Of a DNA stretch of 39,747 bases, positions 12,040 to 24,448 are shown one piece after another. Each line of letters starts with the position of its first letter. The first letter of the stretch is position 1. Under the pieces are notes generated by a model, which saw only the letters and a list, made by a program, of their open reading frames with translations, ran no database searches and was not told the DNA's origin. Position numbers and translations under genes: made by a program. Source of the DNA: Octopus bimaculoides (taxonomy: Eukaryota). The stretch spans positions 29,648,711-29,688,457 of the forward strand of contig NC_068983.1 in NCBI RefSeq assembly GCF_001194135.2, read 5' to 3'.

Positions 12040-12821
12040 ACCATAAAGATTAAAATTGCAGCTGAGAAAAAGTTAGCTGACATGGATGACCTGTATCATG
12101 ATGATTTGCGCCGGGTATCAAAATACCGACATTATGACTACAGCTCAATGCTCTGTAAGACGTGCAATGGACATCATAAAAATCAAGTTGCCGAAACTGT
12201 GATGGTCTCTGGGTGAGTCTCCCATGAGGCTGACGTCCTGCCGCTCCACCCCTGTGTACAGGACCTTAGGCTCAATTCAGGCGGCTATGTAAAGCTATCA
12301 GAGATTGTGGTCAAACTCTGACTGGCGAAGGTTGTTGCTGAAAGGCTATACGTGTGTGGAAGCAGGATTCGGCTCCTTGCCATACCTCTAGAAAACCTTA
12401 GAAGTGGTTGTCGGAGAACTTCTACGACTTCGCTAGCCCAAATTTCTGGCTTCCTAATTCCCCCAATTGTTAATCCCATGCATTACTATCTGTAGAGTGC
12501 TATTGAGAAAGACACTGTTCTGCCCGCAACAGAAAGGCGGAGCTGGTGGCCGAGATCAAGGAGATATTCGAAGTTTGGAGGACAAGATCAAGGAGATGTT
12601 CGAAGATCTTCCCCGGGATACAGTGAGGAACGCATGCGCCAACTTCCGGAGCCGTCTTTAGGCTGTGGTGGAAGCTGAGGGCGGCTACTTTGAGTCAACT
12701 TTTATCTTCCAGCCATAATCTAGTTGACAATTTTTGATTTATTAGATACTTTTATTTGAGGGTGGGATATTGTTTACATTTCCTTTTACGTAAAGTGTCA
12801 AATTAATCTGAACACCCTGTA
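12040..12821 (+). mobile_element. degenerate Tc1/mariner transposon (DD37D/maT-like), transposase with stops and frameshifts; right TIR ends ...AACACCCTG-TA
   Basis: Translates to VMV.G.VS.E...LRLN..Y...QDSAPCHTSRKT.KWLSENF...NSP..NP..YY...RNACANFRSRL.AVVEAEGGYFE. Confidence 0.88.
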
Positions 12822-12939
12822 TATTAGAAGCCTCTTCTTGGCTCCATTCGTGCCCATGTTTTCCCAATTGGCGTCAACCTATTCAAAATCAATATAAGCT
12901 GCATTCATCTGACCAGTCTAAGAGTGCCTACTAAGGTAA

Positions 12940-13070
12940 TGGCCCAGTGGTTAGGCTGTTGCACTCAGGATCGGCTGTGCGTTGTGTTCTTCAACAAAAC
13001 ACTTGACTTCACGTGGCTTCAGTCCAGTCAACTGCAAATCGATAACCTTACGATGTATTGGCGTACAAGC
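12940..13070 (+). mobile_element. degenerate tRNA-derived SINE (V-domain-like body)
   Basis: TGGCCCAGTGGTTAGG head; CAGTCCAGTCAACTG...AACCTTACGATGTATTGGCGT recalled as V-SINE-like (from memory). Confidence 0.5.
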
Positions 13071-13619
13071 GTGAGATGATGACTCAGGAAAATCACCCGA
13101 ACGGAGGTCTCGCGAGCCGCGTTTTGTATTCAACGATCGAAAGTACAACCCGTACCGTGAATCCCAGCCGGTTGGGATTGGTGGATTAACCACGGTGAAG
13201 GTCACACAACTATTACATGAATTGTAAATCAGCGGAGTTTTTAAATCTCAGATAGAACATCATGCAGTATTTGATCTGATTCTTTGTACTCGGATTTCAC
13301 AAAGGTCAACTTTTGGCTTTCATTCTTTTGGAGTCGATAAAATAAAGTGGCAATCCAAGGCAATGGATTGGCAGAATTAATAGAGCATCGGACGAGACGA
13401 CTTGCAGTTCTAGCTCTAGCTCTTATTTTTACTTGATGGACTTAGGCGCAGTTTCTGTCTACCAAATTCCACACACAATGCGTAAGTCAAGCTGAGTCTA
13501 CTGCAAGAGTCACCTACCCAGCGAAATCTGATCCGGAACTATATGATCGAAAAGTGAATTTTACCTCACATCCACGCTTTATTTTCTCTTTTTCAGTTTG
13601 AAAAAGAGTGCTTAATATA

Positions 13620-14260
13620 TAAGGAAATCTTCGAAAACATTTTTACTTGTTGGGTACCAAGTAAGGGACAATGTCCATGGCCCTAGCACGCTCTCCCGAG
13701 AATTGGACTGATGTCATTCATATTCCACTTAAGCTGTCGATACAAAGACATGAACAAGGTTAAATGAACTTCTGGGGCGGGGGGCAACATTCAGGGGAGG
13801 AAGGATTATGCATGAGGTGGCGGAGGCCTGAGGAAAGGTTTGACACAACATGGATGGTGAGAGGAGGAGCGACAAGTAAGCTCAAAATGCGTTATTGGAG
13901 TTGGTACGATAGCAGTGAACTCCGAGGAGTATTGCTTATTACAAGAGCACTAGAGAAAGCTGAGGAAATATCATGCCTGCGAGTCAGTGGCTCAATCGCA
14001 CCTTCAAATGACTTTATACCAATCAGTTGAATGGACTTTGGGTAGATACGATCTAAAATACCTCCATGTGTATCTGCAGCGCGCCGACCCAGACGTGTGA
14101 GTGTTCTTTCTCTGTTGTGAGCTTCATCTGAACTTCGTAGAGTATCAATACTGTTAGGGGCTGAGATATGTTCTCGTCCGAAAGAAATGACTTAGTCTTT
14201 GGGAAGCGGTCCTTGCTATGTTAAGGATGGGATTTGACCTAGGTTTCTCAGCCATCATGA
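13620..14260 (-). mobile_element. CR1/L2-like LINE, 3' part of RT ORF (degenerate)
   Basis: NIARTASQRLS...RTYLSP.QVLILY...HVW.GA...ILDRI...IQLIG. Confidence 0.75.
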
Positions 14261-14294
14261 GGCCTAACACTTGGTGAAGCTATAGTTCTTTTTT

Positions 14295-14544
14295 TCTTTT
14301 TTATTTGTTTCAGTCATTTGACTGCGCCCATGCTGGAACACAGCCTTTAGTCGAACAAATCGACCCCAGTACTTATTCTATTGGACTCTTTTGCCGAACC
14401 GCTAAGTTACGGGGACGTGAGCACACCAACATCGGTTGTCAAGCGATGGTGGGGGTGGGGGGCAAACACAACTACATACACACACAAACATATATATACA
14501 CACACAAACATATACATACACACACAAACATACATACACACACA

Positions 14545-14578
<34 letters not shown>

Positions 14579-14850
14579 AGACCAAAGTGTACGTACGCCA
14601 CTATATTTTTTATATATAAAAAATACAAAAATGGAACAAAAATGCAAAACATCCAGACAGACGATACAAAGAAAACAAGGACGGGTCATTCGGAGTTTTC
14701 TATCCTCAGTCGAGTTACATATATACGACGGGCTTCTTTCAGTTTCCGTCTACCAAATCCACTCACAAAGCTTTGGTCGACCCGAGGCTATAATAGAAAA
14801 TACTTGCCCAAGGTGCCACGCAGTGGGACTGAACCCGGAACCATGTAGTT
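14295..14850 (-). mobile_element. SINE family A with an unrelated ~140-bp insert (14577-14720) in its (TA)n tract
   Basis: Both SINE halves match the other copies; the insert does not. Confidence 0.85.
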
Positions 14851-14899
14851 GCGAACTGTTTTTGTTTAAGGGGTGAGTGATACGATATCTTTTTGTTTT

Positions 14900-15310
14900 T
14901 TCTTTCCTGTTGACATGAATAGTTTTTCTTCTTTTGGGCTGTTAAAAAGAGACGATAGTATTTATTCTTCCTTTGGCTGATTCTATGAACAGAGACTTCG
15001 ATAATATCCATCCATGATGTGGATATTTTCGAGGTCTCTTTCATGGAATCAGTGCAGGCTTGGCACATGGCGACTTGATTGCACATGGATGATGCATGTT
15101 TGTGAAAGGCGGAGGAAGAATGAAAAGTCGTATCATCTGCCTAAGGAAAGACGTGTTTAGGCGTAACAGAAAATATTTCACTGATTTATAGAAGGAAGAG
15201 TGGAGACAAAGTCAAACCCTGGGGTGCACCAGAGTTGATGGAGTAGCCGGAAGAAAGGGCTCCATAAACACATACATCAATTGTTTGATCTAATGGGAAG
15301 CTGCAGTTCC
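14900..15310 (-). mobile_element. CR1/L2-like LINE RT core fragment; probably the same element as 13620-14260, split by a SINE
   Basis: SGAPQGLTLSPLFLL...P*ADDTTFHSS. Confidence 0.8.
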
Positions 15311-15339
15311 AAGAGAAGAATGATGAGACTTGATACGTT

Positions 15340-16219
15340 TTTGTATTGTTTTTTTTATTGTATTTTATATATTTCATTGTTTACATATCATAATGTATAT
15401 ATATATATATATATTAAAAAAAACTAAAATAAAAGATTAAATATACAAAATGAAATGGTTAAGGGGGTTTGTTTCTTTGTTGGATATAATAAAATGGAAG
15501 TGAGAAGAAAGAAAATGGTTGCTAGAAAAAAATCTACAGCAAAAAATTTTTTAAAAACTACGAAATAGAAGAAAAATGCATTTGATCAGCCAAGGCTGGA
15601 TTATTTTTAAAATGGTTTCAAAGAGCCAGCAGTTTTTGAGGGGAAATGGAAGTCGGTCACATCTCGGCGGTATTTGTACTTAAAATGTAAAAAACGGACG
15701 AAATGCCGCTAAGTATTTTGTCCGGCGTGTTAACGATTCAGCCAGCTCGCTGCTTTCTGGATAATAGTAATAATAATCCTTTCTACTAAAGGTACAAGAC
15801 CTGAAATTTTGGTACGAGGGGACTAGTCGATTACATCGACCCCAGTGTTTCACTGGTACTTAATTTATCGACTCCGAAAGGATGAAAGGCAAAGTTGGCC
15901 TCGGCGGAATTTGAACTTAGAACGTTGCTAAACATTTCGTCCGGCGCGCTAGCGATTCTGCCAGCTCACCGCCTTACTATAATAATAATAATAGTTATTA
16001 TTATTATTGAAATTAATATCAATGAAAAAAAGCAAGAAAGATTTGGACATACATAATTGTGAATGTACAATTCAATAAACACGCGCGCAGACATACATAC
16101 ACACATATACAAGCACACTTTGATACACTCAAAGAAAAAAAAAGAAAAATTATTGATTTTTCTTTCTCCCTCGTTTTCTTTAGGCTATGTAGACATTATG
16201 AAATAAAACACTCCTCAAG

Positions 16220-16253
<34 letters not shown>

Positions 16254-16642
16254 AATAAGTGGTCTAAATATGTTTGGTATTCTTTGTTATTTTCTTCTTT
16301 TTATACAAAATGTGAATATAAAACATTTTACAACAGTCTTATTAAAATACAAAGATACAAAATAAAACTTGGATTCTGGAGAGAAAACTATATTTTTCAC
16401 TTTGGTTTTTCTTCTATATCTTCATCTTCATTATTATTATGGTTGTCATAAAATGCCGGTTTTTGTGAGGGTTTTAAAATCACTAAAATTAGGGTAAGTA
16501 AAATTCTGTTAAAATATTTTTAATTTTCAAATTCAGGGATGTCGTATTAGCTTGTTTGAAACGTAGAGTAATAAATGGATCTAACGAAATGCCCCAAATC
16601 TGAGAGGAGTTATTGACTGACTGACTGATTGATGTAATATGA
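15340..16642 (-). other. possible NKCC 3' UTR; candidate poly(A) signals ATTAAA at 16519-16524 and AATAAA at 15354-15359
   Basis: AT-rich sequence downstream of the stop codon. The hexamers are present, but their use cannot be shown from DNA alone. Confidence 0.25.
15660..15975 (-). mobile_element. SINE family B copy plus an adjacent extra head fragment, flanked by TAA repeats
   Basis: Full copy at 15775-15975 and a head at 15660-15740. Confidence 0.85.
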
Positions 16643-16778
16643 TCAGGCATAGTATGTTAAGACACTTTGCTGGTTACCGCGAAGCAATAAAATTGAAGGC
16701 ATGTCTTTCGTAATCATTTCAAGCCAACTCATGTAAAGACCAGCCGGACAAGTGTTCTTCCGTGGCATTGGTAAAGTT
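16643..16778 (-). CDS. SLC12A2: NKCC last coding exon M: (L)[44 protein letters not shown]
   Basis: cccacag|A ACT ... GCC TGA; matches the conserved NKCC C-terminus. Confidence 0.97.
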
Positions 16779-19700
16779 CTGTGGGAATAAATAAAGGTGA
16801 GAAATATTATATTACTGAATTGATTTGTATAAATAAATAAATAAGTAAATAAATAAATCATACGTAAATAATTTCTTTCCTGTCAACTTTTCTCTGAAGA
16901 AGAACTGTACGAAACGTCAGATTTTCCACTCTCGACGGCAGAATTCACAGTACTTAAAATTGTTTTTGTTACTAAATATTGCAGGTCTTGCCGACACAGA
17001 CCAACACCAGTCAGTTTGGTCTGTTTGATCGGATGGATTGATGGATACATACATGCATACATACATAATGTTACATTACATTACATGCATATATACATTA
17101 CATACACACGGTGCTTTTTTAAATATTACCATCGGGCTTTGACATTTTGCCGAAGGCCAAGAATTTATTCAGCTACTTTTTGAAGTGCTGTCCTGGTAGC
17201 AAAAAAAAAAGTCACGATTAAATAAGGATATTAGATTAACGTGAAGGCGCGTGGCCTAGTAGTTTGGATGCTGCACACACGATTGCTAGATCGTGGGTTC
17301 GATCCACTGACTGGGCGACACTTTGTGTTTTTTGGGGGGCAAAACACTTAATTTCACGTTGCTCCGGTCCCCCTTTCGATCGTGGGGGNNNNNNNNNNNN
17401 NNNNNNNNNNNNNNNNNNNNNNGGGGGGGGGGAATGTTGGCCTGCTCACAAAGCCAGCGAGATTAATAATATATTCTATTTTGATCGAGTCAGCCTCTTG
17501 CTAGTCTGAGTTTCACCTACTAGATACACAGGATCTTCAGGCAACTCAGTGTAGTAAGAGTTTGATTTGCCTAAATATATAAACAGACTTCTTACCATAT
17601 AATTTGAAGTTAGGGATGGTTGATTTTGTTGGTTCCACCAACCCACCCACCATAACATATAGGAACAAAGAGGAGAAGAAACGTGGAGTCTGACGTATTT
17701 ATACAAGGTACATAACTCGGCTTGCCTTGCTTTGCTTTATAAGAAATAAGCATCCGTTCGTAAGCTCGTAAGCGTTTTATGCAGCTGCTAAAAATGTGAT
17801 ACCAATGAAATATAAATGAATGTATTTACAAAATTTATGGCACTCCTGTTGATACAAACAGAAAGAACACTAAATATGTCATTATAATCAGAACCGACTG
17901 AAAGAACATACGGAAATTTCTTCGCTTAACTTACCAAATGCGTGTACCTTCCGCACTTCTTTTGTATATGTATGTGCATTCATTATGCATATGTATTATT
18001 ATACACACATAGGTACATACACACAAACATACACATGTACGCACACATACAAGTTACATAAAGGTTATGCTATATGGGTTCATGATAGTAGGGTATGGAA
18101 TTTGCTGCTAAGATATGAGTGATGGGGGCATTGAAGAACATTTCTAAATGCTTATGATGCGTTAAAAAAAATCCAGGGTCGTTTTTAAAGTTAAACAGAT
18201 CACTATGTACATTCGAACAAAGCTAATACATTTATGAACTGAATAAACAAACTTGTCACTGATTCTTATCCGGCACATATTTAAAAAGAATATTTACCAT
18301 CCAACATTTCGACAAAAAAAAAAAAAAAGAAGTATTTTCATTGTAGTCAACATACAAGATAAAACAGATGTCTTCTGGTGCCAGAAACACAACTTGCGTT
18401 TAAGAACCATAACTCCAACTTAACCTACTCCATATCTTCTAAACTAATTAAGTATTTAAAATCTGGCCTTGGCAAAACTCTTTTGGTTTCTATGGTTCTT
18501 AAAATTAATGTTGTTTCTTTTCTACGTTTTCGGAACAATATAATTCCGTCACCAATTTATTCCACAGTCTTACAGCAATAAATACGAATGTCACTTTTTG
18601 TAGTTCAATATCCTCTTCTCACAAGGCATTTTATCACTACTAAATCTATTAAATTTGAAATCATAAGCTATAAAATAAAACATCTGTTCTCTTACATAAT
18701 AATACCATCTTGATAAAAAAAAAAATCCTAACCCTGAGCCCTTCGATGTAAATATTAGAGCTACAGATTCTTTTGAAGATTAGTGACATCATCGGGCTAT
18801 ATTTTCTACACGGAAAATTTCCCTTAATCTCCGGTGGATTATATAGAGATGATGAGCTGAAGCTTCTGAGAAGCCTAAACCCATATTCCACCTTTTGATT
18901 CGAAAAACATCTCAAGTTTTTAACTCGGATTTTCTATTATACAAGATCATCGAAATATACTTAATTTCTTGAATGTTCCCCCCCCCCCATTTTTCGTACG
19001 CTTCTACGAAAGAAAAAAGCCAACTGAAAGCTAAAACACATCGAAAAATCCCCTTATCACACCTTTAGAAAGACATTACTTTGGGTATCCTCACAATCTT
19101 CATATGTAATGAAACCATTGCATGCTACAATGACATTTTAGAAGTGGTTTCAACGAGGAAGTAAAGTATGTCCATAAAATAAACCGTTCTTAACGTGACA
19201 GACCTTTGGGTATAATCCTCGTTTCAAATCAGAAGCCGTTACGTTCTTAGCTATTCAGACTATTACATCTATTGAGATTATTGCACAAACATTTCCATCG
19301 GTTGTGAATACCATAAACAACAGCACACACACACACACACACAGGTGAAATCAAAAATCCTTCCCCATTATCAGTAAATGTTTGCCGTATTTATGCTTTT
19401 GAAAACTCTTATTTTCCAACCATCGCTATATATGCATGTGTGTGTATATGTGTGTGTAATTGTTTAACGGAATTATGTTAACATTTCAAACAGAGAGGAA
19501 TATAATCTAGCGAAATCGTCACAAAATCATATAGGATACTTACAAAACCACAAGTCTTGCAGTCTTGGAATGTTCTTGGAGCATCTCATGCAATTTCACG
19601 TGTCTGTAAGTCTGACAACATAAAAAGGGGAGAAAGTTTAAGTTCTCGTTTTTATAATGTGAGAAGGCCATTTCGCCAATTAAACCACATACATAGGTTA

Positions 19701-22700
19701 TATTTCTTTTCTTTTACATATATAATGGTTTCTGAAATAATTAGCTAAAGCATGGTACATATTACCAACCTTACCCACGGTGAAAGCTGGTTGTATAGTC
19801 AGAGATAGAATGATAATAACTATGACCTCTGAGACAGGTGGGGAAAAAAGAAACCGAAATGCTTGCAATATGTCCTACATTAAAAGCGCCAAGGCCAGAT
19901 TGTAGCATTATACATAGTGACAGATTAAATGTTGGTTGGCACTCCGTCGCTTACGACGTCGAGGGTTCCAGTTGATCCGCTCAACGGAACAGCCTGCTCA
20001 TGAAATTAACGTGCAAGTGGTTGAGCACTCCACACACGCGTGTACCCTTAACGTAGTTCTCGGGGGTATTCAACGTGACACAGAGTGACAAGGCTGGCCC
20101 ATTGAATTACAGGTACAACAGAAACAGGAAGAAAGAGTGAGAGAAAGTTGTGGTGAAAGAGTACAGCAGGGTTCACCACCATCCCCTGCCGGAGCCTCGT
20201 GGAGCTTTTAAGTGTTTTCGCTCAATAAACACTCACAACGCCCGGTCTGGGAATCGAAACCGCGATCCTATGACCGCGAGTCCGCTGCCCTAACCATTGG
20301 GCCATTGCGCCTCCACGACAGATTAAATATAACACTATAAAACAGAAATAATGTCCGAAAGGCTTCCATAGTATTTCCGTCTTTTAAAGCTTTGGTTGTT
20401 CTGAAGTTATGGTATAGGACACCAACCAGCCCATTGGGATTGAACTCGAATCCACATAGCAGCGAAGAGAAAGGAGATATTTCAACCACTGTCATGTTTA
20501 CGCTTATTTAGAGCGTAAATCAAGTCCAGCATTGACATAATATAGCTGGGTTCTGTTTATGCAATCGCACTTTTCTTATGTATCTAAACACACAACTACC
20601 AGGAAAGTGCGAATGTCATATTTATGTAAATTCATATCAAACATTTTACGTAAGATGGAAATCTTACCTCAGTTCTTATTTTAATGGGAAAAAATTAAGG
20701 CAAAAATAATTCTTTCTGTTGATATTCGGATAAATTATAAGAGGATGAACTTACTTTCATTTTATTACCCAGTAAGTCTGCTTCGGAAATTTTCCATGGA
20801 TATGATGCTTGGTCTTCAAAGTTTTTCAAAAGCCATGGTTGAATCAGTGCATAAAATTCTCTCATACTATAATAATAATAATAATAATAATATAATAATA
20901 ATAATAATAATAATCCTTTCTACTAAAGGCACAAAGCCTGAAATTTAGGTGGGGAGGGAATTAGTCAATTACATCGAGCCCCCAGTACTTGACTGGTATT
21001 TATTTCATCGATCTCGACAGAGATGAAAAGCAAAGTCGACCTCGGAAGAATTTGGACTCAGAACAAAGACAAAGGAAATACCGCTTAGCGTTTTGCCTGG
21101 CGTGCTAACGATTCTGCTAACGATTCTGCTAGCTCGCTTCCTTAGTAGTAGCAGTAATAATCTTTTCTATTATAGGCACAAGGCCTGAAATTTGGTGGGA
21201 AGGAGTTAGTCAATTACATCGACCCCAGTACGTAACTGGTACTTATTTCATCGACATCCGAAAGGATGAAAGGCAAAGTCGAACTCAGAACGTAGCGACA
21301 GACGAAATACCTATTTCTTTACTGCCCACAAGGGGCAACACACAGAGGGGACAAACAAGGACAGACAAACGGATTAAGTCGATTATATCGACCCCAGTGC
21401 GTAACTGGTACTTAATTTATCGACCCCGAAAGGATGAAAGGCAAAGTCGACCTCGGCGGAATTTGAACTCAGAACGCAGTGGCAGACGAAATACCGCTAA
21501 GCATTTCGTCCAGCACGCTAACGATTCTGCCAGCTCGCCGCCTTAATAATAATAATAATAATAATAATTTGTGATATAGGCACAAGGCTTGACATTTTGA
21601 GGGAATCCATTAACTCAATCACAGCATATGATTGTTACTTCATTTTGTCGACGCTAGAGGGATGAAAGGCAAAGTTAACCGCCGCGGAATTTGAACTACG
21701 AAGGCAAAAAAATAAAAAATAAAAGACAATGTTTTTCTGACGCTCTAACAATTCTACAAATAATAATAAAATTGCTGATGAGGATTGGTGGATGATGCGG
21801 CGAGGAATTGGTGATTGACTTAGTGGTGACTAGCAAAGTAAACATAGTTATAGTAGGATATAATTTGGTGAAGGGTTAACGGATAACTAACAGGTGGAAT
21901 AGTGGATGACTAGTTGATGTATGATTTGGCATTGGATTCTTCCGAAACAAATTCTATAAACTGTTGACCTGTTCAGACAAAGCATAAATGATCAGAAAGT
22001 TACACAACGATATCATAAAACCAATGCATGTTTTTGACTGAAAATAAAATAATGCGTACGTGGTTTGTGAGGGTTTATGTCGAAGATCAGGAATGACCGT
22101 TATTTGTGAATAATCTATACGGAACTTGCTGAGTAATGTCACCATCCTGTTAGTAAAAAAGAAATATATAGTAAAAAGAAAGTTTAAAACGATAATGATG
22201 AAGAGGAGGAGGAGGATTTGGTTGATGAGGAGGTGGAGGACGAATAGGCAGAGGTTGTTTGTTGGCACTCCGTCGCTTACGACGTAAAGAATTCCAGTTG
22301 ATCCAATCAACGAAACAGCCTGCTCGTGAAATTAACGTGCAAGCGGCTGAGCACTCCACAGATACGTGTACCCTTAACGTAGTTCTCGGGGATATTCAGC
22401 GTGACACAGTGTGACAAGGCTGGCCCTTTTGAAATACAGGAAGAAAGAGTGAGAGAAAGTTGTGGTGGAAGAGTACAGCAGGGTTCGCCACCATCCCCTG
22501 CCGGAGCTTTTGGTGTTTTCGTTCAATAAACACTCACAACGCCCGGTCTGGGAATCGAAACCGCGATCCCGCTGCCCCAACCCCCGGGCCATTGCGCCTC
22601 CACGAATAGGCAGAGGAGAAAGGGGAAAAAGAGCATTATGATGAATATGATGAGAAGGAAGATGATGATTAAAATAATGATGAGGAGAAAGAAGATTAAT

Positions 22701-24158
22701 AAGATGATGGTATAGATGATAAGAATGATGAGGAAGAGGAGACAGATGAGGTTAATTGTTATGGTAAGGAGGTGGAAGAAGAGGCGGAAGTGAAGAGGAG
22801 GAAAAGAGGTGGAAAGAGGAAGCTGGATATGAAAGGAGAGGAGGTACTTTTTATCGACGCCTGAAAAGATAAAAGACAAATTGATGCCACTGGAATTTGA
22901 ATTCGGAACATTGAAAGTCAGGACAAATACTGTGAATCAGTGTGATGTTCTAGTGACTCCGTCAACTCGATGCTGGAAGATAGCTAAAATATTCTTTTTA
23001 TATACGAAATTCTACATGAGATTTGCAGTTAAGGAATGGTCTTAAAAATCCATTGAGGAAAATAACTTACCGTCTGTGTTCACTGTCGACGTCACCCATT
23101 TTGCTGCTTCCACAGAAAACTCTTAAACAACAGTTCTTCCATTTCTTCCGACAAGATAGCATGTAAGGAACAAGAAGCGTCAAACCTGCATCGGAAGAAG
23201 ACGAAAAAGAAATGATATCCATCTAAATTACTATAGAGAATGGTTAGAATGGTTTAAAATTAAGATATTTGCAGGATTTAGTTACAGAAAGAGAATCCTG
23301 CCGCATAAGCTCTGCCTCAGCTCATCATATCTAATCCATGCAAACACGTTAAAACGATAATTATAATAATGAAGATGTAAATAAGGGAGAACGCATTAGA
23401 CCATATCAGTAGTGGAACATATCCAGTAGAGAAGAAAAGATGCACTGGATAACGGTGACTTTGATATGTAGTGATTGAATATATGAGGGGGAGTATCACG
23501 GTTGGAACGCTGGAACACGGTTAACCTGGAACTAAACAGTAACAACAACAATTAACAATTACAAATAATTGTACTTGCCTCCGTCGTCTGTTAACCACCA
23601 AACATCGATAGTGCCTTCTTGCTTTTTACTAAACATGGACGGGTTTTCTAGTACCGATTCAACTTCTATTACTGGATTATTTTCTGGCAATGGATTTTTC
23701 ATTACTTCTTCTGTGTATGCGGGATTATCCAAGCCATTTTTCTTGCGAGCAAATCTTTGAAGTATTACATCGCCGTCTGTTATCTGAATTGATGTGCGTT
23801 GTTCGTCAATTCGAGAGATTGCGTCTTCGCTACATGGACTTTCTTGATAAAAACAAAATAACAAAACGTTAAAGCTAGAGTAAATTGCATGCCCCTACAC
23901 ACATGCGCGCGCATGCACCATACATGCACGCACACACACACACACAGATTTTTCCAAACCCACTGAAGGTGGAATCGACTGTTTATATTGACTCATGACA
24001 GTCAAATTTTCAAGGAACAATATGGGAAGATCTTGGTTACCATGATTAGATTACGGCCTATCTGAAGCTAAACAATACTTTTCTCTCTTATTTTGTAACT
24101 CAACCAACCTCAGCAATTTATTATTAGTGTGTGCGCGTGCGTGCGCGCGTGCGTGCGC

Positions 24159-24229
<71 letters not shown>

Positions 24230-24416
24230 TGNNNNNNNNNNNNNNNNNNNNNNNNNNNNNNNNNNNNNNNNNNNNNNNNNNNNNNNNNNNNNNNNNNNNN
24301 NNNNNNNNNNNNNNNNNNNNNNNNNNNNNNNNNNNNNNNNNNNNNNNNNNNNNNNNNNNNNNNNNNNNNNNNNNNNNNNNNNNNNNNNNNNNNNNNNNNN
24401 NNNNNNNNNNNNNNNG

Positions 24417-24448
<32 letters not shown>

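Noticed and set aside
11999-12212. Exon-like segment with TTTTTCAG and GTGAGT ends on the plus strand
   Set aside because: It has stops in all three frames and overlaps the degenerate mariner transposase.
18661-18915. 84-aa minus-strand ORF as an extra NKCC exon
   Set aside because: Exons L and M already join in phase, and this ORF is the antisense of a Penelope RT relic.
23569-23574. Canonical GT donor for exon H at 23574
   Set aside because: It gives phase 2 and frameshifts the conserved GGLTLL junction.
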